DNA of 64,000 bases from Gammaproteobacteria bacterium (GTDB taxonomy: Bacteria; Pseudomonadota; Gammaproteobacteria; Arenicellales; Poriferihabitantaceae): assembly GCA_030590945.1 (NCBI GenBank), contig JAUVBY010000002.1, positions 354 to 64,353 of the forward strand, written 5' to 3'. The notes under the pieces were generated by a model. The model saw nothing but the letters and a program-made list of their open reading frames with translations, had not been told where the DNA came from and did no database searches. The position numbers were made by a program, and so were the translations under genes. Numbering within the stretch: the stretch's first letter is position 1; every line of letters starts with the position of its first letter. Shown in pieces: positions 48,580 to 58,569 of this stretch.

Positions 48580-49710
48580 ATGCTGAAAACACCTTCATTC
48601 ACCCTCGGTATCGAAGAAGAATATATGCTCGTGCACCCCGAAACGGGTGACCTTGTCCGGGAGGCGCCGGAATCGCTGATGCCCGCCATGCGCAAGAAAC
48701 TTGGGGATCAGGTCACCCGTGAATTTTTGCAGTGTCAGGTTGAAGTGGGCACGCGAGTCTGCCAGAACGTTAGCGAGGCGCGCGAGGAACTGCGTTATTT
48801 GCGCCAAACGGTCGCAGAGGTGGCCGCAACGCATGGCTTTGGTTTGATCGCATCCTCAACCCATCCCTTTGCCGAAGCCGATCAGCAATCGGTGACCAGC
48901 AAAGCGCGCTATGCCGTACTTGAAGAAGACTTACAGCGCGTCGCACGCCGACTGCTTATTAGTGGAATGCATGTACACGTGGGCATTGACGATGACGACA
49001 TGCGCATCGACCTTATGTCGCAGGCCGCCTATATCCTGCCGCATATTCTGGCCTTGAGCACCTCTTCACCTTTCTGGCGCGCTGAAGATACCGGTCTGAT
49101 GTCCTACCGTATTTGTATCTGGGATGAAATGCCGCGCACCGGCCTGCCGCATGAATTTGAATCGCATTCTGAGTATATGCGTCACGTACAAACGCTGGTA
49201 GCTGCGGGGATTATTGAGGATGCCTCCAAGATATGGTGGGATTTACGCCCAAGCTGCCGCTTTCCGACGCTGGAAATGCGAATATCCGATTTATGTACGA
49301 CGCTGGAGGATACCTTGTGTATTGCCGCGCTCTACCAGTGCTGGTTGCGCATGCTACATCGATTGAGGTTGAAAAATTTGCGCTGGCGCAGATATTCTTC
49401 CATGTTAATTGAAGAAAACCGCTGGCGGGCGCATCGTTATGGTACCCGGGAAGGGCTGATCGATTTTGGACAGGGCGAGGTTATTGCTTATTCTGATTTA
49501 ATGGATGAAATTATCGAATTAGTGACAGAAGACGCGGTTGCGCTTGATTGTGAAAACGAAATCAACCATGCTCGCACTATTCTCGAACGAGGCACTTCCG
49601 CACACCGGCAACTATCAACGTATCACGCTGCGATGAAAGAAACGGGTGACTCGCAACAGGCCTTTAAGCAAGTCGTAGACTGGCTACAAAAAGAAACGCT
49701 TAATTTTTAG
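48580..49710 (+). CDS. ybdK: carboxylate-amine ligase YbdK (glutamate-cysteine ligase family 2)
   Basis: FTLGIEEEYMLV N-terminus, GMHVHVG, WWDLRP, PTLEMRISD motifs. Confidence 0.9.
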   Translation: MLKTPSFTLGIEEEYMLVHPETGDLVREAPESLMPAMRKKLGDQVTREFLQCQVEVGTRVCQNVSEAREELRYLRQTVAEVAATHGFGLIASSTHPFAEADQQSVTSKARYAVLEEDLQRVARRLLISGMHVHVGIDDDDMRIDLMSQAAYILPHILALSTSSPFWRAEDTGLMSYRICIWDEMPRTGLPHEFESHSEYMRHVQTLVAAGIIEDASKIWWDLRPSCRFPTLEMRISDLCTTLEDTLCIAALYQCWLRMLHRLRLKNLRWRRYSSMLIEENRWRAHRYGTREGLIDFGQGEVIAYSDLMDEIIELVTEDAVALDCENEINHARTILERGTSAHRQLSTYHAAMKETGDSQQAFKQVVDWLQKETLNF

Positions 49711-49713
49711 CTT

Positions 49714-49777
49714 GTCGGGAGCCTGTCGGGTTTGGCTGTTTTGAGCGAAACAAGTTAAATCCGACAGACTCACAGGG
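49714..49777. repeat. inverted-repeat element, family C (copy 2, opposite orientation, shorter)
   Basis: GGGAGCCTGTCGGG...CCGACAGACTCACAGG. The reverse complement GAGTCTGTCGGATTTAACTTGTTTCGCTCAAAAC matches GAGCCTGTCGGACTTAACATGTATTGCTCAAAAC at 23409. Confidence 0.75.
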
Positions 49778-49809
49778 TATTGGATGAGATAAAGAAAAAA
49801 TGTAGACAT

Positions 49810-49884
49810 GTAGGGTGGATAAGCGTAAGCGCATCCACCAGTTTTAAAGAAAGTGGTAGATGCACTTAAGCTTATCTACCCTAC
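49810..49884. repeat. pair of REP-type palindromes (second copy degenerate)
   Basis: GTAGGGTGGATAAGCGTAAGCGCATCCACC (49810-49839) and GGTAGATGCACTTAAGCTTATCTACCCTAC (49855-49884). Confidence 0.85.
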
Positions 49885-49906
49885 AAAGAATTCCACAAAT
49901 TTTATA

Positions 49907-51790
49907 TTGATCAAATTCAACAAAGTCACGCTCAGGCGTGGTCCAAACATACTGGTCGAAGCGGCCAGTTTTTCATTTGCAAGCCGGCATAAGGTCGGCC
50001 TGACAGGGGCGAATGGCTGTGGGAAATCCAGCCTGCTGGCGGTGATTCTGGGTGAGCTTGAGGCCGATGCCGGCAGTGTTCATATGCCTGACGACTGGGT
50101 GATGGCACATGTGGCACAGGAAACACCCGAATCGGACGCAGCCGCGGTTCAGTATGCCTTACAGGGCGATACTGAGCTGACTGCGCTACAGGCGCGAATT
50201 GAGGTTGCTGAACATGTAGAGGACGGTGCATTGCTCGGACAGTTGCACGCGCAGCTTGATGCGATTGATGGTTACGCGGCGCACGCCAGAGCCGCCGCAC
50301 TACTAAATGGTCTGGGGTTTAAAGCGAAAGATATAGACCGACCTGTAAATTCATTTTCCGGAGGCTGGCGCATGCGCCTGAACCTGGCGCAGGCCTTGAT
50401 GTGCCGCTCAGATTTACTGTTGCTGGATGAACCGACCAATCATCTTGATCTGGATGCGGTGATCTGGTTGCAATCCTGGCTGGAGCGTTACGAAGGAACC
50501 TTAATTCTGATTTCACACGATCGTACCTTTCTGGATGCGGTGGTAAATCATATAGCGCACATCGAGCATGGTCAGCTCAAGGTCTACGCGGGGAACTACA
50601 GCGCTTTTGAAGTGCAGCGCGCGGCACAACTGGCGCAGCAGCAGGCGGCCTACGTAAAACAACAGCGTGAGATTCAGCACATGCAGGATTTTGTACGCCG
50701 TTTTAAGGCCAAGGCTACCAAGGCCAAACAGGCGCAAAGCCGCGTCAAAATGCTGGAACGCCTGACATTAATTGCGCCGGCTCATGTTGATTCTCCGTTC
50801 GGCTTTAGCTTCAAGACACCCGATAAAACGCCCGGTAGTCTGCTTACACTGCAGAAAGTTAGCGCGGCCTATGCTGAAGAGACTATTCTGAAGGATGTAA
50901 ATTTAACCATCCTGGCGGGCGACCGCCTTGGCCTGATTGGCCCCAACGGCGCGGGTAAATCGACCCTGATCAAACTCCTGGCAGGTGGTTTAAGCGCGAG
51001 CAGTGGTGATATAAGCCGCGCCAAAGATTTGCGCGTGGGTTATTTTGCCCAACATCAGCTTGAGCAGTTGCACGCCGTCCACACCCCGTATCAGCACCTC
51101 GACGAACTGAGCCTTGGGCTCAATGAACAGCAGATTTACGATCATCTGGGTGGTTTTGGTTTTGTCTATGAGCGGGTGAATGAAACCATTGCGCATTTTT
51201 CCGGCGGTGAAAAAGCACGTCTGGTGCTGGCTTTACTGGTAGCGCATAAACCCAATCTGCTACTACTGGATGAACCGACTAACCACCTTGACCTGGATAT
51301 GCGCCATGCGTTGGCGATTGCTCTGCAGGAATTTGAAGGTGCCCTGATTACGGTTTCGCATGATCGTTTTCTGCTGGAGACAGTCACCGACCGGTTTTAT
51401 CTGGTTGAAAACCAGCACGTGAGCGAGTTTGATGGCGATCTAAACGATTATCGTAAATGGCTGGATGCGCGCAGACTGGAAGCGCAGCCGATGGCGGAAT
51501 CCGGCCAGGATCGATCGCGCAAAGGCCAGAGGCAGGCGAGGGCTGCACAACGAGAATTATTGAAGCCGCTGCGTCAGGCGGTGGCGAAACTGGAAAAAAA
51601 CCTCGAGCTTTTCAGCCGGCAAAGCGCAGTGCTGGATGAACAGCTGGCAGAGGGCGACTTATACGATGAAGCCAACAAAATGCGCCTGACCGAATTGCTC
51701 AAGGAAAAAGGCCGGGTTGACAATGAACTTGAGCATATAGAGGTTCAATGGCTCGAAGCCAGTGAAGCACTGGAGGCGGCACAAGCTTAG
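49907..51790 (+). CDS. yheS: ABC-F family ATPase (YheS-like)
   Basis: Two ABC cassettes (GANGCGKSS / FSGGWRMRLNLAQAL / LLLDEPTNHLD and GPNGAGKST / FSGGEKARLVLA / LLLDEPTNHLD). Linker KAKQAQSR, coiled-coil C-terminus. TTG 49907 gives the family-typical M-IKFNKVTLRRG. GTG 49853 lies inside a REP. Confidence 0.9.
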   Translation: MIKFNKVTLRRGPNILVEAASFSFASRHKVGLTGANGCGKSSLLAVILGELEADAGSVHMPDDWVMAHVAQETPESDAAAVQYALQGDTELTALQARIEVAEHVEDGALLGQLHAQLDAIDGYAAHARAAALLNGLGFKAKDIDRPVNSFSGGWRMRLNLAQALMCRSDLLLLDEPTNHLDLDAVIWLQSWLERYEGTLILISHDRTFLDAVVNHIAHIEHGQLKVYAGNYSAFEVQRAAQLAQQQAAYVKQQREIQHMQDFVRRFKAKATKAKQAQSRVKMLERLTLIAPAHVDSPFGFSFKTPDKTPGSLLTLQKVSAAYAEETILKDVNLTILAGDRLGLIGPNGAGKSTLIKLLAGGLSASSGDISRAKDLRVGYFAQHQLEQLHAVHTPYQHLDELSLGLNEQQIYDHLGGFGFVYERVNETIAHFSGGEKARLVLALLVAHKPNLLLLDEPTNHLDLDMRHALAIALQEFEGALITVSHDRFLLETVTDRFYLVENQHVSEFDGDLNDYRKWLDARRLEAQPMAESGQDRSRKGQRQARAAQRELLKPLRQAVAKLEKNLELFSRQSAVLDEQLAEGDLYDEANKMRLTELLKEKGRVDNELEHIEVQWLEASEALEAAQA

Positions 51791-51901
51791 TAACGGCCCG
51801 GGACTGTTCAGACAGGCCGTTTATGCTGCTTTTTAACGCCCAGCGGATCACCATTATCCAGGTGACTGTTATCGCTTTGCCCTTTAGCCTATAATGTTGT
51901 A

Positions 51902-53737
51902 ATGAGCATGCAGCTTCTGGCCTCCAACCCGCATGCGTTTGCTGTGCTGGGATTAACCGTATTGGCGCTTTTATTATTTACGCGCCAATCGATCCCGCTG
52001 GAAACCTCCTCGTTGTTCATTCTTTGTCTGCTGGTGCTGGGTTTTGAGATATTCCCCTATACCGGGCCGGAGGGCGTATTTAAATCCACTGATCTTTATT
52101 CGGGTTTTGCACACCCCGCCCTGATCGCGGTTAGTACTCTGATGGTTTTGGGGCACGGCCTGGTGCGGACCGGCGCCCTGGAAGTGGTGGGTGAAATTTT
52201 AGCGATTGCCTGGAAAAAGAATGCGCGCTGGTCTTTCCTTTTAACCATGCTGCTGGCTGCATTTTTGAGTTCGTTTGTTAACAATACGCCGATCATAATA
52301 TTGTTGCTGCCGATCATGGTCAGCGTGTGCCTCAAAAACAATATCAGCACCTCTTCCGTTTTGCTGCCGGTCAATTTCGCTACGCTACTGGGGGGCATGG
52401 GCACCACGATAGGTACATCTACCAATATACTCGTGGTAAGCGTTGCCGCACAAATGGGTCTGGCAGAATTCGGATTATTTGATTTTGCACTACCGGCGGT
52501 GCTGGTTGGAAGTGTCGGGATACTTTACCTGTGGTTGATCGCACCCAAGTTGCTGCCCAAGCGTGAGATGGCGATGAGTGATGAATCGGCACGTATATTC
52601 ACCGCCCAGCTGTTCGTGGCGCATGGTAATCCGAATATTGGTAAAACGCTGGCTGAGTTGATCGCACTCACGCACGGCGAAATGAATGTGCGGCGTATAC
52701 GACGTACGCAGGAGATCAGCATTGTACCGTTGCCCGATGTTCGCATTCAGGCGGGAGATCGCTTATTGGTGCGCGATACGCCGTCTAAGCTAAAGGCTTA
52801 TGAGCAGGCGTTACGCTGTGTGCTGTACGCGGGAGATCATGTTCTGGACGAAACCCATCCCTTGCCACTGGCAGACCAGCAACTTACCGAAATTGCGGTA
52901 TATCCGGGCTCAGCCTTGAATCGAGCCCGCCTGGCGAATACGCGATTTCATGAAAAAAAAGAATTGGATGTGGTGGCTATTCATCGCGCGGGTAAGGCAA
53001 TATCCGCGATGCCGTCGGGCATTCAGGATGTGCGCCTGAGGATCGGTGATGTACTGCTGGTGCAGGGCAGCGCAGAAGCGATCAGCGATTTAAAAACACA
53101 GTCTGATCTGATGATGCTTGATGCAACACGCGATTTGCCACGCCGTAGCAAGGCGCCCATGTCATTGTTGGTGATGGCTGCGGTGATCGCTCTGGCAACT
53201 ACGCGCATGCTGCCCCTGTCAATTGTAGGCGCCCTGGGCGTGGCCGCCATGCTGCTGTGCGGCTGCCTGAACTGGAAAGATGTTCGCGATGCGCTGAGCG
53301 TGCAACTGGTGCTAATGATTGTAACCACGCTTGCGTTGGGGCAGGCCTTGTTACTTACCGGCGGAAGCGAATTGCTGGCAACTCAGTTTCTGGGTCTGAT
53401 GCAGGGGGCCTCCCAGGCCTGGGTGCTGTCCGGCCTGATCGCGATGATGGCAGTGCTGACCAATATTGTGTCCAATAATGCCGCTGCGGTAATCGGCACG
53501 CCTATCGCGATAACCGTGGCCAATGCCTTGGGGGCGCCTCCCGAAGCCTTTGTGCTGGGCGTATTGTTTGGCGCTAATCTGAGCTTCGTCACGCCGATGG
53601 CCTATCAGACGAACCTGCTGGTGATGAACGCGATCGGTTATACCTTTGGAGATTTTGTCCGGGTTGGCTTGCCGCTTGCGCTGTTGATGTGGGCCGGGTT
53701 TTCCCTGGTATTGTCGGTTTTGTATGGTCTGGTCTGA
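51902..53737 (+). CDS. SLC13/DASS-type anion permease with two central TrkA-C (RCK_C) domains
   Basis: Polytopic N- and C-terminal halves flank about 200 soluble residues containing paired ...GKTLAEL...IRRTQE..AGDRLLV and ...RLANTRF...IHRAGK..IGDVLLVQG motifs. Confidence 0.82.
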   Translation: MSMQLLASNPHAFAVLGLTVLALLLFTRQSIPLETSSLFILCLLVLGFEIFPYTGPEGVFKSTDLYSGFAHPALIAVSTLMVLGHGLVRTGALEVVGEILAIAWKKNARWSFLLTMLLAAFLSSFVNNTPIIILLLPIMVSVCLKNNISTSSVLLPVNFATLLGGMGTTIGTSTNILVVSVAAQMGLAEFGLFDFALPAVLVGSVGILYLWLIAPKLLPKREMAMSDESARIFTAQLFVAHGNPNIGKTLAELIALTHGEMNVRRIRRTQEISIVPLPDVRIQAGDRLLVRDTPSKLKAYEQALRCVLYAGDHVLDETHPLPLADQQLTEIAVYPGSALNRARLANTRFHEKKELDVVAIHRAGKAISAMPSGIQDVRLRIGDVLLVQGSAEAISDLKTQSDLMMLDATRDLPRRSKAPMSLLVMAAVIALATTRMLPLSIVGALGVAAMLLCGCLNWKDVRDALSVQLVLMIVTTLALGQALLLTGGSELLATQFLGLMQGASQAWVLSGLIAMMAVLTNIVSNNAAAVIGTPIAITVANALGAPPEAFVLGVLFGANLSFVTPMAYQTNLLVMNAIGYTFGDFVRVGLPLALLMWAGFSLVLSVLYGLV

Positions 53738-53814
53738 ATTTTACATCATTAGTATTTAACTTATTGCTAATAAAGGAATATAATCGCGTGCTTTATTGAA
53801 AGCCACGTCCCTTC

Positions 53815-55554
53815 ATGTCCGTACTTAATCGAATTTTTCCATTTCTGGTCTGGTTCAGAATGGTCAATGCTGAAACCCTCAAGGCTGATTTGATTGCGGG
53901 GTTTACCGGTGCAGTCATCGTATTGCCGCAGGGGGTTGCTTTTGCAACTATCGCAGGCTTGCCGCCCGAATACGGTCTGTATACGGCCATGATCACGCCG
54001 ATTGTCGCGGCGCTATTTGGCTCTTCCCTACATTTGATCTCGGGTCCTACTACGGCTATTTCGATCGTTATATTTTCTACCGTTAGCCATCATGCGGTCC
54101 CGGGAACGGCTGAATTTGTAGAAATTGCGTTGACCATGACCTTCCTGGCGGGGGTATATCAGTTTGTATTCGGTCTGGTGCGCCTGGGCGCGCTGGTCAA
54201 TTTTGTGTCACATACGGTGGTCATTGGCTTTACCGCCGGGGCGGCAATTTTGATCGTGACCAGCCAGATGAAGCATATTCTGGGTGTGTATGTGCCCCGG
54301 GGTGAGTCGTTTATTCATACCTGGATGGATTTATGGCAAAGCCTGTCGTTGATAAATATATATGCGGTGAGCGTCGCCCTGATCAGTTTATTGGTGGCAT
54401 TGGCGATTAAACTGCGCTGGCGTACCGCTCCTAACCTGCTGGTCGCATTGCTCATCGGCGGTGGTCTGACTTACTGGCTGGGTGCAGAGCAGCATGCGAT
54501 TGCGCTGGTCGGTGAAATACCGGGTCGATTACCCCCGTTATCCACGCCGGATTTTTCTTATTCGACGATTACAAAACTCGCTTCTGAGGCATTTGCGGTG
54601 GCGATGCTGGGCTTGATCGAAGCGGTCTCAATCAGCCGCTCAATTGCCAGCAAATCGAACCAGAGGATCAGCGCCAGTCAGGAGTTTATGGGGCAGGGCC
54701 TGTCCAATATAGTGGGCAGTTTTTTCTCCAGTTATGCGGGTTCGGGTTCATTTACCCGCTCAGGCGTGAATTATGCCGCCGGCGCGAAAACGCCGCTGTC
54801 GGCCATTTTTGCAGCCGTCATCCTGATGCTGGTGGTGCTGATGATCGCCCCCTTAACCGCCTATCTTCCAGTACCGGCGATGGCGGGTGTTATTTTGCTG
54901 GTGGCCTACAATTTGATCGATCTGGGCCAGATCAAACATATATTGAGCAGCAGTAAAAACGAAACCATTATCTTGCTGGTCACGTTTCTGGCTACCTTGT
55001 TCCTGGAGCTGGAATTTGCGATCTACCTGGGTGTGTTGCTGTCGCTGGTCATATTTTTATGGCGCACTTCTACGCCTGAGATCGTAACCCTCGCGCCCGA
55101 TATAGATCTGGATGCGCAAAAAAATACGCTGGTGGATGTATCCACAAAGCCTTTGAATCAATGCCCGCAGCTGAAAATAATTCGCATTGATATGTCGATT
55201 TATTTTGGTTCACTCAATCATATACAGACGCGACTGAACGAAATTACCGACAATGAACGGGTCAATCATATTCTGATTATTGGTACCGGAATAAATTTCG
55301 TCGATCTAAGCGGAGAAGAAATGTTGCTCTCGGAGGCGCACCGCCTGGAAAAACTGGGCGGGGGTCTATACTTCGCCGATCTTAAGCCCAATGTGTACGA
55401 GTTTCTTGGCCGCGCACATTTTATCAGCGATATCGGGAACACCCATTTCTTTGATCGGAAAAAATACGCTTTGCGCTATTTGTATCAAAAGCTTGACCGG
55501 GAAATATGCGAGCAGTGCACCGCGCGTGTCTTTACTGAGTGTAAGAACTATTAG
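53815..55554 (+). CDS. SulP-family inorganic anion transporter with C-terminal STAS domain
   Basis: LKADLIAGFTGAVIVLPQGVAFATIAGLPPEYGLYTAM is a typical SulP N-terminus. STAS-like C-terminus (IIRIDMSIYFGS...). Confidence 0.9.
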   Translation: MSVLNRIFPFLVWFRMVNAETLKADLIAGFTGAVIVLPQGVAFATIAGLPPEYGLYTAMITPIVAALFGSSLHLISGPTTAISIVIFSTVSHHAVPGTAEFVEIALTMTFLAGVYQFVFGLVRLGALVNFVSHTVVIGFTAGAAILIVTSQMKHILGVYVPRGESFIHTWMDLWQSLSLINIYAVSVALISLLVALAIKLRWRTAPNLLVALLIGGGLTYWLGAEQHAIALVGEIPGRLPPLSTPDFSYSTITKLASEAFAVAMLGLIEAVSISRSIASKSNQRISASQEFMGQGLSNIVGSFFSSYAGSGSFTRSGVNYAAGAKTPLSAIFAAVILMLVVLMIAPLTAYLPVPAMAGVILLVAYNLIDLGQIKHILSSSKNETIILLVTFLATLFLELEFAIYLGVLLSLVIFLWRTSTPEIVTLAPDIDLDAQKNTLVDVSTKPLNQCPQLKIIRIDMSIYFGSLNHIQTRLNEITDNERVNHILIIGTGINFVDLSGEEMLLSEAHRLEKLGGGLYFADLKPNVYEFLGRAHFISDIGNTHFFDRKKYALRYLYQKLDREICEQCTARVFTECKNY

Positions 55555-55635
55555 CGCGCAATTTTGCTGTATTCGGCGCTAAGACCAGCCCTGCCATGTG
55601 GTATCATTTTCGCTTTGTGATTATCCTTAAGTATA

Positions 55636-56337
55636 ATGAGTCATACCATCGCTATTGTAGAAGACGACCCTCATCAGCGAGAGAACTATGCCGATGCCCT
55701 CAAGGCGCAGGGGCATACGGTTGTGGTCTACCCGAATAAACCCACCGCGCTCGAAGGTTTTAAGAATGCCCTGCCGGATTTAGCTATTCTGGACATCATG
55801 CTCGAAAATGAAATGGATGGCGGTTTTGATATTTGCCGTGAGCTACGCCATATGAGCCCGCAGCTGCCAATCATATTTTTAACCGCACGTGATTCGGATA
55901 TTGACCGGGTTTCGGGACTGCGACTGGATGCCTGGGATTATATTACCAAACCCGTCAATCTTCAGTTTCTGGGCGTACGCGTGGCCTCCCTGTTCAGAAT
56001 TGCCAGTACGCTTAGACTTGCGGCTGATGATGGGCCGGTTGCGCTAAAGCTGGGTGATCTGGAACTCAATGAAGCCAGTCTGTCGGTAAGCTGGAAAGAT
56101 GAGCCCTTAAATCTGACGCTGACCGAATTCTGGGTGGTTGAATCGCTGGCGCATAACGTGGGCAAGGTTAAGAGCTACGAAGCGCTGATGCAGGTGACTA
56201 AACAAAGCTACGTTGAGAAAAACACCATCAACGGATATATCCGCCGCATTCGTAAAAAATTCAAGCAGGTAGATCCGGATTTTGAATATATTGAAACCGT
56301 TTTTGGTACCGGATACCGCTGGCACAAAGATGCCTGA
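55636..56337 (+). CDS. OmpR/PhoB-family response regulator
   Basis: Receiver domain (IAIVEDD..., LAILDIML, IIFLTARD) and winged-helix output domain (LTLTEF..., TVFGTGYRW). Confidence 0.9.
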   Translation: MSHTIAIVEDDPHQRENYADALKAQGHTVVVYPNKPTALEGFKNALPDLAILDIMLENEMDGGFDICRELRHMSPQLPIIFLTARDSDIDRVSGLRLDAWDYITKPVNLQFLGVRVASLFRIASTLRLAADDGPVALKLGDLELNEASLSVSWKDEPLNLTLTEFWVVESLAHNVGKVKSYEALMQVTKQSYVEKNTINGYIRRIRKKFKQVDPDFEYIETVFGTGYRWHKDA

Positions 56338-56386
56338 ATAACTACAGACATTTTTTAATTGCCCTGAACCAATACACAGTGCGATC

Positions 56387-58558
56387 ATGCTAAAGTGGTT
56401 TAGATATTTATCCATCCGCAGCAAGTTGATCTGGCTGGTTCTGGCGATGTTTACGATTCCCTGGATGGGAACGCGCTACGTGGTCGAAATGAAGGAGTTT
56501 TTATTACAGGGGCAAAAGGATGCCTTATTGCTGACCGCCGGCGGGATTGCAACCATATTACATGACCGTACTGAGCTGTTTGAGCTGGATGCGGGGGTGC
56601 CGGAACTGCTGGGAGAAAAATCCGATAGTTTTGCTTACCTGTTGCCGCGCCTGATTCAGCTTGACGGGGATTCCAGTGATTGGGGCAACATTGCTTTGCG
56701 CGAAAAACGGGCTTATACGGAAGTTGGGCTGGCGGCCTGCGATGCCGAATTTGATCCTGATAATTTTTCTTTGCAGCATTTACTGGGATACCGCAGCGAC
56801 TGGTTGTATGCCTTGTTCGAGGTCACCGACGACCAGATTATTTATCGGGATCTGGAACGACGCAAGCTTGGTAATGGTGACCATATACGGGTTTTGATTC
56901 AGCACCCCTATGGCCCGCTGACCCGCTATACGCTGGTCGCGCGTTCGCCGGGGCGTATGACGGCCTATCTGGTATCAGGAGACTGGCAATCCCCTCTATT
57001 GGGCGATCCGGTAGGCGATGTGGTGGCCGTATTTAAAGAAACTGATTACGGTTATGCCGTTGAGCTTCGATTGCCGCGTTATCTGGTCGGTCGATACAGC
57101 CGGCTGGGGTTTAATATTATTGATGTGGATGATCCTGAAACACGGGAATTAAGGGCGCAAATTTCAACCTATCCCCAGGCCGAAAATACGCAACCCGGGC
57201 GGGTGTTGTTAACCTCGCCGGAGATTACGCAACTGTTACGCGGTTTAAATCAGCCTAACTCGCGTATCTGGGTGATCGATAAGCAACAGCAGGTACGCGC
57301 GGTGGTCGGTGGCCTGACACCTCCGCGGGCAGTGGAGGAACCGGATGATGCACCGGTCACGCAGTGGCAAAAATGGCAGAATGATATATCCACTCGTCTC
57401 GATGCACTGTTGCGTCGCCCCGATGTAGTATTTGAAGACTTACCATCCGATATTACCGTTCGAAGAGATGAAATGATCATCGACGTACTGGAGGGGGAAC
57501 CCCGGTCTGATACCCGGCGTTCGGTCGATAAAAAGGTAAAGATCGTTATGGCCGGCCATCCGATTCGTGAGGGAAATAGCGTGCTGGGAATGGTGATGGT
57601 GGAACAAAGCTCACACGCAATTTTACGCAGCCAGTATGAATTGTTGAAAAGTCTTGCGGCCTCAAGTTTATTGGTATTCGCTTTTATTACCCTGGCCCTG
57701 ATTGTGTTTGCCTGGCGGCTGACCGTACGCATCGGGCGTCTTCATGATACGACTGAAAAAGCGATTTCGCCTGAGGGCAGGGTGCAGGAGTCGAACATTC
57801 CCACGCGCGTCTATCCCCGTGATGAACTGGGTGACCTGGGGCGCAGTATTACCAGTATGTTACGGCGACTATCCGGATATACACGCTATCTGGAGGGATT
57901 GCCCGACACGCTGGCGCACGAGATGAATAACCCTCTGAACGTGGTGAGTTCTTCCCTGCAAATTCTGGAACAGGAGCAGGAGAGCATCAGGGGCAACAAA
58001 TATATGGAGCGGGCGCAGGCGGGTATCCAGCGCTTGAAGCATCTGTTGAGCAGTTTGACGCAGGCCGCTAACCTTGAGGAAGCAATGCGTTCTGAAGAGA
58101 AAAAACGCCTTAACTTATCTCGTTTGCTCAGGGATTACATCGGGGGCGCGCAGGCATTGTATTCCCTGCATAGATTCAAATTGAGCCTGCAGTATAAAGA
58201 AATGTTTATCCTGGGCTCAGGGGATCATATTGCAGAGTTACTGGACAAACTAATCGACAATGCGGTGCAGTTTGGTGTGCCTCAAACTACCATCGAAGTC
58301 ACCTTGCTTGAGCGCGAAGAAGGTATCCTGTTGCTCGTTAGCAATGAGGGCGCCGTGATCGATGAAGGTCAGCACGAAAGGGTGTTTGATCCAATGGTGT
58401 CGCTGGGTCGTAAGGATGCGCAGACCTCCCATCTCGGTTTAGGCCTATACGTAGTAAGATTGATTGCGGATTATCATCAGGCGCGTGCCTGGATGGCTAA
58501 TCGGCAGGATGGCATGGGTGTGGTGGTGTCCGTATTGTTTCCGCTTATGGATAACTAG
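56387..58558 (+). CDS. sensor histidine kinase with about 390-aa periplasmic domain
   Basis: TM1 LIWLVLAMFTIPW and TM2 LLVFAFITLALIVFAW. HAMP-like linker, H-box LAHEMNNPLN, N-box LIDNAVQFG, G-box GLGLYVV. Confidence 0.88.
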   Translation: MLKWFRYLSIRSKLIWLVLAMFTIPWMGTRYVVEMKEFLLQGQKDALLLTAGGIATILHDRTELFELDAGVPELLGEKSDSFAYLLPRLIQLDGDSSDWGNIALREKRAYTEVGLAACDAEFDPDNFSLQHLLGYRSDWLYALFEVTDDQIIYRDLERRKLGNGDHIRVLIQHPYGPLTRYTLVARSPGRMTAYLVSGDWQSPLLGDPVGDVVAVFKETDYGYAVELRLPRYLVGRYSRLGFNIIDVDDPETRELRAQISTYPQAENTQPGRVLLTSPEITQLLRGLNQPNSRIWVIDKQQQVRAVVGGLTPPRAVEEPDDAPVTQWQKWQNDISTRLDALLRRPDVVFEDLPSDITVRRDEMIIDVLEGEPRSDTRRSVDKKVKIVMAGHPIREGNSVLGMVMVEQSSHAILRSQYELLKSLAASSLLVFAFITLALIVFAWRLTVRIGRLHDTTEKAISPEGRVQESNIPTRVYPRDELGDLGRSITSMLRRLSGYTRYLEGLPDTLAHEMNNPLNVVSSSLQILEQEQESIRGNKYMERAQAGIQRLKHLLSSLTQAANLEEAMRSEEKKRLNLSRLLRDYIGGAQALYSLHRFKLSLQYKEMFILGSGDHIAELLDKLIDNAVQFGVPQTTIEVTLLEREEGILLLVSNEGAVIDEGQHERVFDPMVSLGRKDAQTSHLGLGLYVVRLIADYHQARAWMANRQDGMGVVVSVLFPLMDN

Positions 58559-58569
58559 CCCGGGGTTAC

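Noticed and set aside
49853-49906. Listed ORF start (GTG 49853) for the ABC-F gene.
   Set aside because: This start lies inside the degenerate REP copy and adds 18 non-homologous residues. TTG 49907 yields the canonical ABC-F N-terminus (M-IKFNKVTLRRG).
51885-51910. TATAAT at 51885-51890, only 11 nt before the SLC13 ATG, suggesting a leaderless mRNA.
   Set aside because: There is no convincing -35 at 17±1 bp, and a second ATG lies 6 nt downstream. Not supportable without transcript-start data.
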